Below, piece after piece: positions 26,941 to 35,742 of a stretch of DNA of 42,200 nucleotides (position 1 is its first letter; each line of letters begins with the position of its first letter). This DNA is from an uncultured Candidatus Saccharibacteria bacterium (GTDB taxonomy: Bacteria; Patescibacteriota; Minisyncoccia; Phycocordibacterales; UBA9973), in contig CAYYSI010000001.1 in NCBI GenBank assembly GCA_964474435.1, positions 1-42,200 on the forward strand. The letters are read 5' to 3'. The translations under genes were made by a program, and so were the position numbers. The notes below the pieces were generated by a model. It was not told the DNA's origin, did not search any database, and saw only the letters and a list, made by a program, of their open reading frames with translations.

Positions 26941-28032
26941 TTACTGAGCAACCTTTCGGAACATACTACTTCTCGTCCAATCGCGATCGATAGTGGTGAG
27001 TGGTCCTGTTTTGACGAATCCTACTGGAATACCTGTTCGGCTCTCAACCAGTTCAATAAAGTCTTGTACTTTTGAACTCAATCTTTCTTTTTCGTATACC
27101 GAATAATCAAGATGGTCGAGAAATGTCAGTGCAATTTCAGTTGGGCAATTTGCATCACACGCAGCTTTTAATCCTTCCCAACTAAATGTTGCAACTCGAC
27201 GAACAGTTTTCGTCACTGATGTTTTTTCAGTGATGTCATGTGGTGCACCAGAAAATTTCCGTACATAGTTCCAGGTGACCTCTTTTGAGTCTGCATCAAA
27301 TGGTCCACTGTTGCCACCAACTCTGATGGGGAACGTTCGAGCAACGCCGATCACGTCCATCGCATAGTGATGTCCCGGCAATCCAGCTTCCGCAAGGAGT
27401 GCACTTACGGTCGTATCCCTACTTGTTGTGTACGGAAACTTCCCATGGATAACGCTGAGTCCGAAACCTTGCGTTCCTTCTAGTACGACGATGCCACCTT
27501 CGCGAAGTTCTTTGTGAAGGAGCTTTGTTGTATTAGAAAGATACGGTTTCAGCTGTGGAATGTCTTTTGCAAATATGCACTCTGAATCCCGCAGTACTCT
27601 GTGTGATGCATTCATCCCGATACCGAGACTGCTTTTCCCGGATGTGCTTGCAATACGTTCAGCAAGTCCGGTTAAGGACTCGAGTTCGATTTGGTGCTGT
27701 GTGATGACTTGTGCATGCGCATCAATATAGAGCCTGCGTTTGATCGGCATAATTTTTTCTATCATTTCAATCTCTTTGAGCAATACTTTGAGACTGATCT
27801 GTGCTCCAAGGCCAATGACGAGTTTTACGTATGGATTGATCCATCCGCAGGGAAGTTGTCGCATGATATATGGGACTCCTTCATAAAAGACCGTGTGTCC
27901 TGCATTTGCAGCTCCAGTCCGAACGCATACTGATGCAATAGTGCAGTTATGGGCAGCTATCGCTCCTTTGCTCTCTGAGCCATATTGCATACCAACGACA
28001 GCAATAATTTTGCCTGATGTATCTTGTTTCAT
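26941..28032 (-). CDS. Adenylosuccinate-synthetase-superfamily protein with PurZ/PurZ0 (2-amino-deoxyadenylosuccinate synthase) signature
   Basis: 363 aa (short archaeal/phage-type length); GMQYGSESKG, NAGH, EGTQG, PYTTSRD, RTFPIRVGGNSGP, TSVTKTVRR, LTFLD, KTGP. Superfamily is certain; PurZ-type function is inferred from motif substitutions. Confidence 0.8.
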   Translation of the reverse strand: MKQDTSGKIIAVVGMQYGSESKGAIAAHNCTIASVCVRTGAANAGHTVFYEGVPYIMRQLPCGWINPYVKLVIGLGAQISLKVLLKEIEMIEKIMPIKRRLYIDAHAQVITQHQIELESLTGLAERIASTSGKSSLGIGMNASHRVLRDSECIFAKDIPQLKPYLSNTTKLLHKELREGGIVVLEGTQGFGLSVIHGKFPYTTSRDTTVSALLAEAGLPGHHYAMDVIGVARTFPIRVGGNSGPFDADSKEVTWNYVRKFSGAPHDITEKTSVTKTVRRVATFSWEGLKAACDANCPTEIALTFLDHLDYSVYEKERLSSKVQDFIELVESRTGIPVGFVKTGPLTTIDRDWTRSSMFRKVAQ

Positions 28033-28168
28033 ATAGATTTTTTTAAGGTTTCCTTAAACCTACTACAAAATCCCTACGAAGCAAGCCTTTGCCTTTCTCT
28101 CTTTTTATGCTATAAATAGTGCCTTATTGTCGCCCGAAAAGGGCCTTTATTTTATCAAGAATACATAT

Positions 28169-29974
28169 ATGGAAATCCGAAACATTGCAATTATTGCCCA
28201 CGTTGACCACGGCAAAACAACCCTCACCGACAAGATGCTCGCATTTTGCGGTATTGTGCTGGACGGTGCATCAATGGACTCAAACGCGATCGAACAAGAA
28301 CGCGGTATTACGATCTATGCCAAAAATACAGCAGTCATGTACAAAGGTACCAAGATCAACATTGTGGATACTCCAGGTCACGCAGACTTTGGATCCGAAG
28401 TTGAGCGTGTGCTTCGATCTATCGACTCAGTGCTCCTCATTGTCGATGCCCAAGAAGGTCCTATGCCACAAACTCGCTTCGTCTTGAAAAAATCACTCGA
28501 ACTTGGGCTCAAACCTATCGTTGTCATCAACAAGATCGACAAGCCAGGATCTGATTGTGCAGGTACACACGATGCAGTATTCGAACTCTTTATGGAGCTT
28601 GGGGCAACTGACGAACAGCTCGACTTCACCACTGTCTACGCCATCGGACGTGATGGTGTTGCAATGCGCAATGAAAAAGATGAACGAAAGGATCTCGAAC
28701 CACTTTTCGAAACAATTCTTGAAAAAGTCCCACTCGCACTCAACGACACAACCAAGCAGTTCCGTATGCAGGCATTCAACCTTGCGTATGACAACTTCCT
28801 TGGACGACTTGCAGCAGGTCGCGTGTACGAAGGTGTTGCAAAGGCAGGCGACACCGTGTTTATCCGCAGTGGTGACGGTGCAGCTCGTACTGCCAAGATC
28901 GTCAAACTCTTTACATTCATGGGAATGAAGCGCGAAGAAGTATCTGAAGCAGTGGCAGGTGACATTGTTATGATCGCTGGTATCCCGGACATTTTCATCG
29001 GAGAAACCATCAGTACAAACAAAGAAGCAGAACTTCTTCCAGCGATCACGATCGACGAACCAACGATCGTCTTGGATTTCTTGGTCAACAACTCTCCATT
29101 TGCCGGCAAGGAAGGGAAGTTTGTGACATCTCGCCAGATCCGTGAACGCCTCGAGCGCGAGCTTGAAACAAACGTCGGACTCAAAGTGAACTTTGATGCA
29201 AATCCAGATCGCATTGCCGAAGGCTTCACTGTCTACGGACGAGGCGAAATGCACATTGCAGTCTTGCTCGAAAACATGCGCCGCGAAGGATATGAAATCC
29301 AGGTCTCACAACCACAAGTTATTATCAAAGAAGTTGATGGGGTAAAGAGTGAACCGTTCGAAGAAGTCACGATTGATGCACCTGCAGATTTCCAAGGTGT
29401 CATCATCGAAAAGCTCGGCATGCGCGGCTTTATCATGGGTGACATGAATTTGAAAAATAATACCGTGCGTATGGTATTTACCGGACCTACTCGTGGACTG
29501 CTCGGCTACCGCAACCAGTTCTTGGTGGATACCAAAGGCGAAGGGATCATGAGTGCACGTGTGCTCGGCTTCCAGAAATATGCAGGCGAGATCACTCGTC
29601 GTCAGGTTGGCTCTATGGTCAGTATGGAAAATGGAAAGGCATTGGCATTTGCACTCTGGGGACTTCAGGATCGCGGTACACTCTACATCTCTCCTCAGAC
29701 CGAGGTGTATGAAGGTATGGTGATCGGAAATACTAGTAAGGGTGAAGAAATGAAAGTGAACCCAACGAAAGGAAAGCAGCTCACCAACATGCGTGCATCT
29801 GGTACTGACGAAGCAGTGACGATTATCCCGCCATGGACGATGACGATCGAACGCGGACTCGAAGTGATGGTAGATGACGAATTCCTCGAAGTCACCCCCC
29901 TCTCAGTCCGACTTCGCAAGCAATATTTGAATGATGCTGAGCGAACGAAGGCGAAGCGACCTAAGAATCAGTAA
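28169..29974 (+). CDS. typA: Translational GTPase TypA/BipA
   Basis: [55 protein letters not shown]; start reassigned to 28169. Confidence 0.97.
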   Translation: MEIRNIAIIAHVDHGKTTLTDKMLAFCGIVLDGASMDSNAIEQERGITIYAKNTAVMYKGTKINIVDTPGHADFGSEVERVLRSIDSVLLIVDAQEGPMPQTRFVLKKSLELGLKPIVVINKIDKPGSDCAGTHDAVFELFMELGATDEQLDFTTVYAIGRDGVAMRNEKDERKDLEPLFETILEKVPLALNDTTKQFRMQAFNLAYDNFLGRLAAGRVYEGVAKAGDTVFIRSGDGAARTAKIVKLFTFMGMKREEVSEAVAGDIVMIAGIPDIFIGETISTNKEAELLPAITIDEPTIVLDFLVNNSPFAGKEGKFVTSRQIRERLERELETNVGLKVNFDANPDRIAEGFTVYGRGEMHIAVLLENMRREGYEIQVSQPQVIIKEVDGVKSEPFEEVTIDAPADFQGVIIEKLGMRGFIMGDMNLKNNTVRMVFTGPTRGLLGYRNQFLVDTKGEGIMSARVLGFQKYAGEITRRQVGSMVSMENGKALAFALWGLQDRGTLYISPQTEVYEGMVIGNTSKGEEMKVNPTKGKQLTNMRASGTDEAVTIIPPWTMTIERGLEVMVDDEFLEVTPLSVRLRKQYLNDAERTKAKRPKNQ

Positions 29975-29977
29975 ATA

Positions 29978-30010
29978 AAAAAGTCTTGAACATTTTGTTC
30001 AAGACTTTTT
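29978..30010. terminator. Bidirectional terminator
   Basis: Perfect 15-bp inverted repeat aaaaagtcttgaaca-ttt-tgttcaagacttttt between convergent genes. Confidence 0.85.
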
Positions 30011-30014
30011 ACTG

Positions 30015-30569
30015 TCATTGTGAATCTTCTTTTATAAATTGCATCGCATCATTAGTTTTATTTTCAACCAGGATAAAACGTATCGGATGGCACCAATGAA
30101 TTCTGTCGCCATCACGAAGTTCCTCACCTGTTTCATACGATGTAACAAAATTTAGTTTAGATTCTAATCCAACATTAAAATGTGGATAATTTTGACTATC
30201 CCAAATAATACTCTTTATTGGATAAGCATTTTCTGCAACTAATTGCGGAGCCTTGCTTCTTCCAGGAAGCGGTGAAAAGAAAATAGGTTTTACAATTTCT
30301 CCCGGCCTAAACATTTGTAGCAACGGTCTCAGTATTGGTATAACCAGATCGATCCGTACCAGCTTATTTTCCTCCCTAACTTCTATGTGACCAATATTAC
30401 TCCAGTTGCATTCCTTTGCCTTTTTCTCGAGAAACGTGACAATTTCTTCATCAGTTGAATATTGAGAATACGTGTGCTGCTTGGGAACAGAAAGGGAATT
30501 ATCAAAGAATTTTAAATTAAAGTTTTTACTTTTCATAAATGTAATTTTTTGCAACATTACAACTTCCAT
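30015..30569 (-). CDS. Hypothetical protein (AT-rich ORFan)
   Basis: 184-aa ORF filling the gap between typA terminator and the methyltransferase; no recognised motif. Confidence 0.65.
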   Translation of the reverse strand: MEVVMLQKITFMKSKNFNLKFFDNSLSVPKQHTYSQYSTDEEIVTFLEKKAKECNWSNIGHIEVREENKLVRIDLVIPILRPLLQMFRPGEIVKPIFFSPLPGRSKAPQLVAENAYPIKSIIWDSQNYPHFNVGLESKLNFVTSYETGEELRDGDRIHWCHPIRFILVENKTNDAMQFIKEDSQ

Positions 30570-30589
30570 GCTAATATGTCAAGTATTAT

Positions 30590-31297
30590 ATGAACGAAAA
30601 GCGACTCAAGGAATTTTGGAATAAGGAGTATAAGGATCCGGGCATGTTTGCACTCTCGGATGAAGTCAGTGCTGACTTGGTCAAATGCGTGCGCTGGATG
30701 CAAAAGGAATATGGCAAGGACGTGTTTCGTCCTGATGTGACTGTGCTCGATGCAGGCTGTGGCAATGGTCGCAATTTGCTATGGCTCAATGACATGTTTC
30801 GCGTCAACGGCGTCGGGTATGACATATCAGACGAAGCAATCGCACAGGCAAATGCACAGGCTGCAAAGCAGCAGTGGGGAAGCAAGCTCACATTCAAAGT
30901 GCGTTCACTGGACGAACTTATCCAGCTCCCGGATCAGTCCGTCGATCTCGTCATCGATGCGATGTCATCTCACTTTTTGAAAAATGTGGAGCGTGCGCGA
31001 TTTATATCAGAACTTGCGCGCATCATGAAGCCACAAGGAGTAGTATTTTTCAAATCATTTTATGCAGAGCGCGATAGTCATACCAAGGAACTCCTTGAAA
31101 AACATGGCGCAGGCGAAGAAAATGCATACATTCATCCCAAGCTCAAAGTGTATGAATACGTCTGGACTGATGCAGCACTCGAAGCATCATTTGGAGAGCA
31201 TTTTATATTGATGAAAAAGGAATTGTCAGGCAAACATCATATCAAGGGCAAGCCTGCCAAGCGTCGCAGTGTCGTGTGTTATTTTGAGCGCAAGTAG
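30590..31297 (+). CDS. Class I SAM-dependent methyltransferase
   Basis: VLDAGCGNGRN motif I, GYDISDEAI, DLVID, RIMKPQG. Confidence 0.9.
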   Translation: MNEKRLKEFWNKEYKDPGMFALSDEVSADLVKCVRWMQKEYGKDVFRPDVTVLDAGCGNGRNLLWLNDMFRVNGVGYDISDEAIAQANAQAAKQQWGSKLTFKVRSLDELIQLPDQSVDLVIDAMSSHFLKNVERARFISELARIMKPQGVVFFKSFYAERDSHTKELLEKHGAGEENAYIHPKLKVYEYVWTDAALEASFGEHFILMKKELSGKHHIKGKPAKRRSVVCYFERK

Positions 31298-31316
31298 AGT
31301 GCTATACTGAGTGCAT

Positions 31317-32504
31317 ATGGTTGTGCCGCAAGTCCGAGGAGTACTCGTCATAAAAACTGATGCAGGATTTACTGAAACACATCCGCTCTGGGGTATGTAC
31401 AGCGCGCTTCGTGCACAACTCGCAGAGATTCATGTTGTTATATTGACGAGTCATCATGTGAGCAAACGCGATCGCATGATTAAACCTGACGAACACACGT
31501 TTTGGTATACGTTTCAAAACAATGGCTTACTCTTTTCAATCTTTCATATTTGGAAAGTGCTCAAATTTCATCTCAGGTGGCGTCGTGTATATCGGCCGGA
31601 CTTTGTGCTGAGTGTTGAGCCGGGTGCCGTAACGACACTTGCATGGTTTTTGTCATGGCGCATGCAGCGACCACTCTTTACCCATGCATCCATCCAAGAC
31701 ACCGAGTCAACAGGATATTTGATGCGCCGATGGGTGCTGGGACGTGCGCGTGGGATCTTTGTACCAGGAGATCATACTGCAGATGTACTCGCACGAGCAT
31801 TCGGTATCGATCGAGACAAGTTTAGTATCCTCGCGCCGTCAGTTGATTTGCCGGCATTGAAAATAATTAAGGAGCGCTACAATTTTGAAAAAGAGCACCC
31901 TGCATTCAACGTTTTTCTTTCATCATGTGCACATACTGCGGCAACGCTTCATCGAGTGATCGATGTACACAAACATGTGCGACTGCAGTTTCCACGATGT
32001 GGACTTGTACTGATTGTTGATGAAGCCTTGTACAAAAAAGCGCGTCGAATTGCGCGACGACATATAGGTGTCTTTGTGTATAAAAAAGATGAGCAGTATG
32101 TCAGTATGATCAAGGGCACTTCTGTCTATATCGCACTCTCACTTGAACAAGAAGTTGACCTCATGATGATTGCCGCATTTGGGGTCAACATGCCAGTTGT
32201 TGCAGGTGCGTATGGTATTGCCAAGGAACTCTTTCCGGGTTCTCCGTATGAGCAGTTCCTTTGTCAGTCGAGCGATGTTCGTGGTATCGTAGCTGCTGTG
32301 GTGATACTGCTCAAGGATCAGTACTTGCGCAATCAGTATGGCCTCAACAACCCCGCACTGTCCGGCAAGATCGCATTTTCATCCAACGTCGACGCCGCAA
32401 AGGTTGTCATGGACACTGTCATCCCCATCATTAACCCACCCGAAGTGCATTCTGCAGCATTGCCAGGAACACAATATAGATATACAGATATAACGCCAAA
32501 GTAA
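31317..32504 (+). CDS. Divergent GT-B (family 4-like) glycosyltransferase
   Basis: RPDFV, HASIQD, C-terminal ...MPVVAG...ELF...LLKDQYLR; ATG 8 nt after TGC-TATACT (GTG 31311 alternative). Confidence 0.7.
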   Translation: MVVPQVRGVLVIKTDAGFTETHPLWGMYSALRAQLAEIHVVILTSHHVSKRDRMIKPDEHTFWYTFQNNGLLFSIFHIWKVLKFHLRWRRVYRPDFVLSVEPGAVTTLAWFLSWRMQRPLFTHASIQDTESTGYLMRRWVLGRARGIFVPGDHTADVLARAFGIDRDKFSILAPSVDLPALKIIKERYNFEKEHPAFNVFLSSCAHTAATLHRVIDVHKHVRLQFPRCGLVLIVDEALYKKARRIARRHIGVFVYKKDEQYVSMIKGTSVYIALSLEQEVDLMMIAAFGVNMPVVAGAYGIAKELFPGSPYEQFLCQSSDVRGIVAAVVILLKDQYLRNQYGLNNPALSGKIAFSSNVDAAKVVMDTVIPIINPPEVHSAALPGTQYRYTDITPK

Positions 32505-32565
32505 GAAATCTTTCTTTGGCGGCAATCAGACGAAGAATATGCTGGCATATTCTCGATCTTCATTT

Positions 32566-32638
32566 GCCAAAGTAGCTCAGTTGGTAGAGCACCGCTTTCG
32601 TAAAGCGGGGGTCGTGGGTTCAATCCCCACCTTTGGCT
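32566..32638 (+). tRNA. tRNA-Thr (CGT); CCA not encoded
   Basis: GCCAAAG/CTTTGGC acceptor, CCGCT-TTCGTAA-AGCGG, GTGGG-TTCAATC-CCCAC. Confidence 0.95.
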
Positions 32639-32716
32639 CAATTGACTTTTAATAAGAAATACATAGAGTAAGAGTAAGTACAGATATTTGTACCTCACAA
32701 TTTAAATTAAAAATGT

Positions 32717-33481
32717 ATGGCAGTGTCACATGCGTTTGTGCCGTATTTAGAACGGCAAGCCAGCCCTGAAGCGATAGGGGAAGGAATGAAAATTTTCTCT
32801 TCAAATTTTCACAAGTTTTTTCCAAATGCTGATCGAATTGATCAAATTATTCACCGAGAGGAGGATGTTAAACAAGCATTCGAAAGTCTTGCTGAACATT
32901 CAACAAAGAATAGGATTATTACACACCATCTGCAGTTAAAACGTTTTTACAAGGAGGTATTTGAGGAAGATATAGATATGAAATTGATTAAATCGCCTCA
33001 TACAATTGTACTCAGATATCTGATGTATATATCTCCGGGTTTAACTCGAGAAATCTTATTTGCTGGTGCAAAAAAATTACTCCGAATTGATATTCAAAAA
33101 AGCGAAATTGAAGTTGCTTTTCAAAAAGACGGAACGTATACGTTTTCTTATAATGGACTTATGGGGCCTGATAAGAAACTTCTTTTGGAAGAAGGTCAGA
33201 CGGTACGTAATTTAGTCCGTCGGGAATGGAAAGAAAAAGAATGGATAGGAAAGCACGGAATGACTTGTTTTGAATATTTACTTTGCGCATGTTTTCGATA
33301 TTGGCTTAGTGGTAAGTTATATGACGAAAATGGAAGATGGACGATATTCTCTAATTTTACAGAGACCAAGGCAGTAATAGCTCAGTCACAAGGAGTAGAT
33401 ATGTACACGTTTACCACTATTGATCTTGATACTACAGGGACTCATCCCCCAACTGGTATGCGTGGAACGTACATTTTTTAA
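32717..33481 (+). CDS. Hypothetical protein (AT-rich), possible C-type-lectin/FGE-like C-terminus
   Basis: 254-aa ORF downstream of tRNA-Thr with own terminator; MTCFEY...YDENGRWT...GMR C-terminus. Confidence 0.7.
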   Translation: MAVSHAFVPYLERQASPEAIGEGMKIFSSNFHKFFPNADRIDQIIHREEDVKQAFESLAEHSTKNRIITHHLQLKRFYKEVFEEDIDMKLIKSPHTIVLRYLMYISPGLTREILFAGAKKLLRIDIQKSEIEVAFQKDGTYTFSYNGLMGPDKKLLLEEGQTVRNLVRREWKEKEWIGKHGMTCFEYLLCACFRYWLSGKLYDENGRWTIFSNFTETKAVIAQSQGVDMYTFTTIDLDTTGTHPPTGMRGTYIF

Positions 33482-33485
33482 ATTT

Positions 33486-33512
33486 AAAGCCCGAGTAATG
33501 TCGGGCTTTTTT
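33486..33512 (+). terminator. Intrinsic terminator
   Basis: aaagcccga-gtaatg-tcgggcttt followed by T tract. Confidence 0.85.
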
Positions 33513-33544
33513 GTTTACTTCATTTTTGCTAGAGTGTGGGGGTA

Positions 33545-34426
33545 ATGGACAAAGAATCAATTCAAGAACGTATCACGCATATCGAAGCCGCAATGATGGA
33601 CGGGGATTTTTGGAGCGACGTGCCCAAGGCACAGGCGATGATCAAGGAACTCCAGGAGCTCAAAGACGCACTCGTTGGTGGTGGCAAATATGACAAAGGT
33701 AGTGCGATCATCACGATATTTTCTGGTGCAGGAGGGGACGATGCCGAGGATTTCACGGCAATGCTCCTAAAGATGTATACCAAATACGCCGAGCGCAAAA
33801 ACTGGGACGTGTCATACCTCAACGAAAGTCCGAACGATCATGGGGGCTATCGCAATGTCACGATCGAGATCGCAGGAAAGGGTGCATTTGGTACGCTCAA
33901 AAATGAATCCGGTGTGCACCGACTCGTGCGCATCTCGCCATTCAACTCCAATGCAAAACGTCAGACATCATTTTCGCTTGTTGAAGTTATCCCGAAACTC
34001 ACCAAGGCCGATACCGATGTCGTGATACCAGAGAGTGAACTCGAGATCTCATTTGCGCGAGCAGGTGGACCAGGGGGACAAAATGTAAACAAACGCGAAA
34101 CTGCTGTGCGTATCGTGCATGTGCCAACAGGACTTGCAGTGCATGTGACGACAGAGCGAAGTCAAGAACAAAATCGCGAACGCGGGATGGAACTCCTCAA
34201 GGGTAAACTCTACAAACGCCAAGAAGAAGAACGCATTGCAAAAGAAAAAGGACTCTATATATCCAAGACAACTGACATCGAATGGGGAAACCAGATTCGT
34301 TCGTATGTGCTTCATCCATACAAAATGGTGAAGGATCATCGCACTGATGTCGAGACTGGCAACGTCGACAAGGTTTTGGAAGACGGAGACATCGATGAGT
34401 TTATTGAAGCGGAGAAAGGGTTATAA
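33545..34426 (+). CDS. prfB: Peptide chain release factor 2, short domain 1, no programmed frameshift
   Basis: RISPF anticodon-mimic, [22 protein letters not shown]; single reading frame. Confidence 0.93.
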   Translation: MDKESIQERITHIEAAMMDGDFWSDVPKAQAMIKELQELKDALVGGGKYDKGSAIITIFSGAGGDDAEDFTAMLLKMYTKYAERKNWDVSYLNESPNDHGGYRNVTIEIAGKGAFGTLKNESGVHRLVRISPFNSNAKRQTSFSLVEVIPKLTKADTDVVIPESELEISFARAGGPGGQNVNKRETAVRIVHVPTGLAVHVTTERSQEQNRERGMELLKGKLYKRQEEERIAKEKGLYISKTTDIEWGNQIRSYVLHPYKMVKDHRTDVETGNVDKVLEDGDIDEFIEAEKGL

Positions 34427-34430
34427 GAAT

Positions 34431-34991
34431 TTACTTTTTTGAATAGTTGTTATCATAAGTGACTGTGACATGTGCTGGACTTTTATCTTTGGTCCAATCA
34501 TGTGAAATATTTATGTCGAAATTTTCGGATAGATATTGATTATTTGTAAAATGCCTTCTTTCCGCACTAATACTTTGAGGGTTGTCTGGAGAAGGTGGTA
34601 TATCATATTTTGTAGCAGCTTCCGCTAATGGATCTCGTCCAATGCTATATCCATTACTTTTTAACCATGTCCGTATACTATTTGCCGTAACATCAATTGA
34701 CTGGTTTGTCTTAAATTGAAATTGTATTGACTCTATACCAATACCAGGCTGCATTTCTGCATTTGTATGTGGCCCATCTTCGTATTCAAATAAATCTGCA
34801 GGTAATGGGAAACCAGGAAAAAGGGTATTAATTGATGCAAGTTCTACTCTGTCATCCTGGAGAATAGTTGCGGTGGGAAATGTTTGCTGAATACCACTGC
34901 CTTTTGGTATTGGTTTTGAGTACCGCTTTGTAAGTATAAGTGCGAGACCCAGTATGAGAATAATAGCAATCCAGACGAATATTTTTTTCAT
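34431..34991 (-). CDS. Hypothetical membrane-anchored/secreted protein
   Basis: MKKIFVWIAIILILGLALIL N-terminal TM; ATG 6 nt after TATAAT; AT-rich. Confidence 0.75.
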   Translation of the reverse strand: MKKIFVWIAIILILGLALILTKRYSKPIPKGSGIQQTFPTATILQDDRVELASINTLFPGFPLPADLFEYEDGPHTNAEMQPGIGIESIQFQFKTNQSIDVTANSIRTWLKSNGYSIGRDPLAEAATKYDIPPSPDNPQSISAERRHFTNNQYLSENFDINISHDWTKDKSPAHVTVTYDNNYSKK

Positions 34992-35054
34992 AGGCTTATT
35001 ATAATACATGTTGGACTTAGGTATAAATTGGATATGGTATACTGAACATTCAGT

Positions 35055-35735
35055 ATGATTAAGTTCGTAAACGTATCAAAGGTGTACCCGAATGGCGCTG
35101 TTGCGCTTGAAAACGTCAATCTCGAGATCGAGACTGGCGAATTTCTTACTATTGTCGGACCATCAGGTGCAGGCAAGACGACGCTTACAAAAATGATCCT
35201 CGCCGAAGATCACCCAACCGAAGGCTCAGTATTATTTGAGAATATTGATATTCAAAGTTTCAACCGCGGAGAGACGACAAAACTTCGTCGCCGTATTGGG
35301 ACAGTCTTTCAAGAATTCCGATTGCTCCCAACCAAGACTGCGTATGAAAATATTGCCTTTGCAATGGAAGCTGCAGGCAAGAGTGATGAAGAGATCGTCT
35401 CTGATGTGCCACACGTGCTTCAGCTTGTCGACCTCCAGGAGCGCATGTTTCATTTCCCCAGCCAGCTCTCGGGCGGTGAGAAACAGCGGCTTGCGATCGC
35501 GCGTGCCATCATCAACCAACCAGAAGTCCTCATTGCTGACGAGCCAACAGGTAACCTCGACGAAGCAAATACACATGAAGTCATTCACATTTTGAAAAAG
35601 ATCAACGACCTCGGCACAACCGTGATCCTCACGACGCATGACCCGCTCCTTATTCACGCAGTGGGTACACGCATTGTCACCATGCAAAAAGGTCGCGTCG
35701 TCGGCGATGAGCAAAGAACAATAAAAAAGGTATAA
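35055..35735 (+). CDS. ftsE: Cell division ABC ATPase FtsE
   Basis: [36 protein letters not shown]; upstream of ftsX. Confidence 0.93.
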   Translation: MIKFVNVSKVYPNGAVALENVNLEIETGEFLTIVGPSGAGKTTLTKMILAEDHPTEGSVLFENIDIQSFNRGETTKLRRRIGTVFQEFRLLPTKTAYENIAFAMEAAGKSDEEIVSDVPHVLQLVDLQERMFHFPSQLSGGEKQRLAIARAIINQPEVLIADEPTGNLDEANTHEVIHILKKINDLGTTVILTTHDPLLIHAVGTRIVTMQKGRVVGDEQRTIKKV

Positions 35736-35742
35736 TACACAT

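Noticed and set aside
26941-28032. Plain annotation as purA (adenylosuccinate synthetase)
   Set aside because: Catalytic Asp13 and Arg303 equivalents are replaced (Ser19, Thr276), so the symbol was withheld pending assay
28043-28057. ttaagg-ttt-ccttaa dyad upstream of the PurZ-like gene as an operator
   Set aside because: Only 6-bp arms in very AT-rich DNA; likely by chance without further support
25964-28130. Integrated prophage/ICE at tRNA-Thr(GGT)
   Set aside because: No integrase, no duplicated tRNA 3' end (attR) found by eye, no phage genes
28493-29254. Long antisense ORFs (also 2751-3476, 8780-9352, 18860-19441, 35232-35915, 40257-40889)
   Set aside because: Shadow frames of well-conserved genes with biased codon usage; no independent motifs
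32333-32698. 121-aa minus-strand ORF
   Set aside because: It is the antisense of tRNA-Thr(CGT) and the GT4 3' end
33481-33560. Programmed +1 frameshift for prfB
   Set aside because: No CTT-TGA site or RF2-like upstream frame; a terminator lies just upstream
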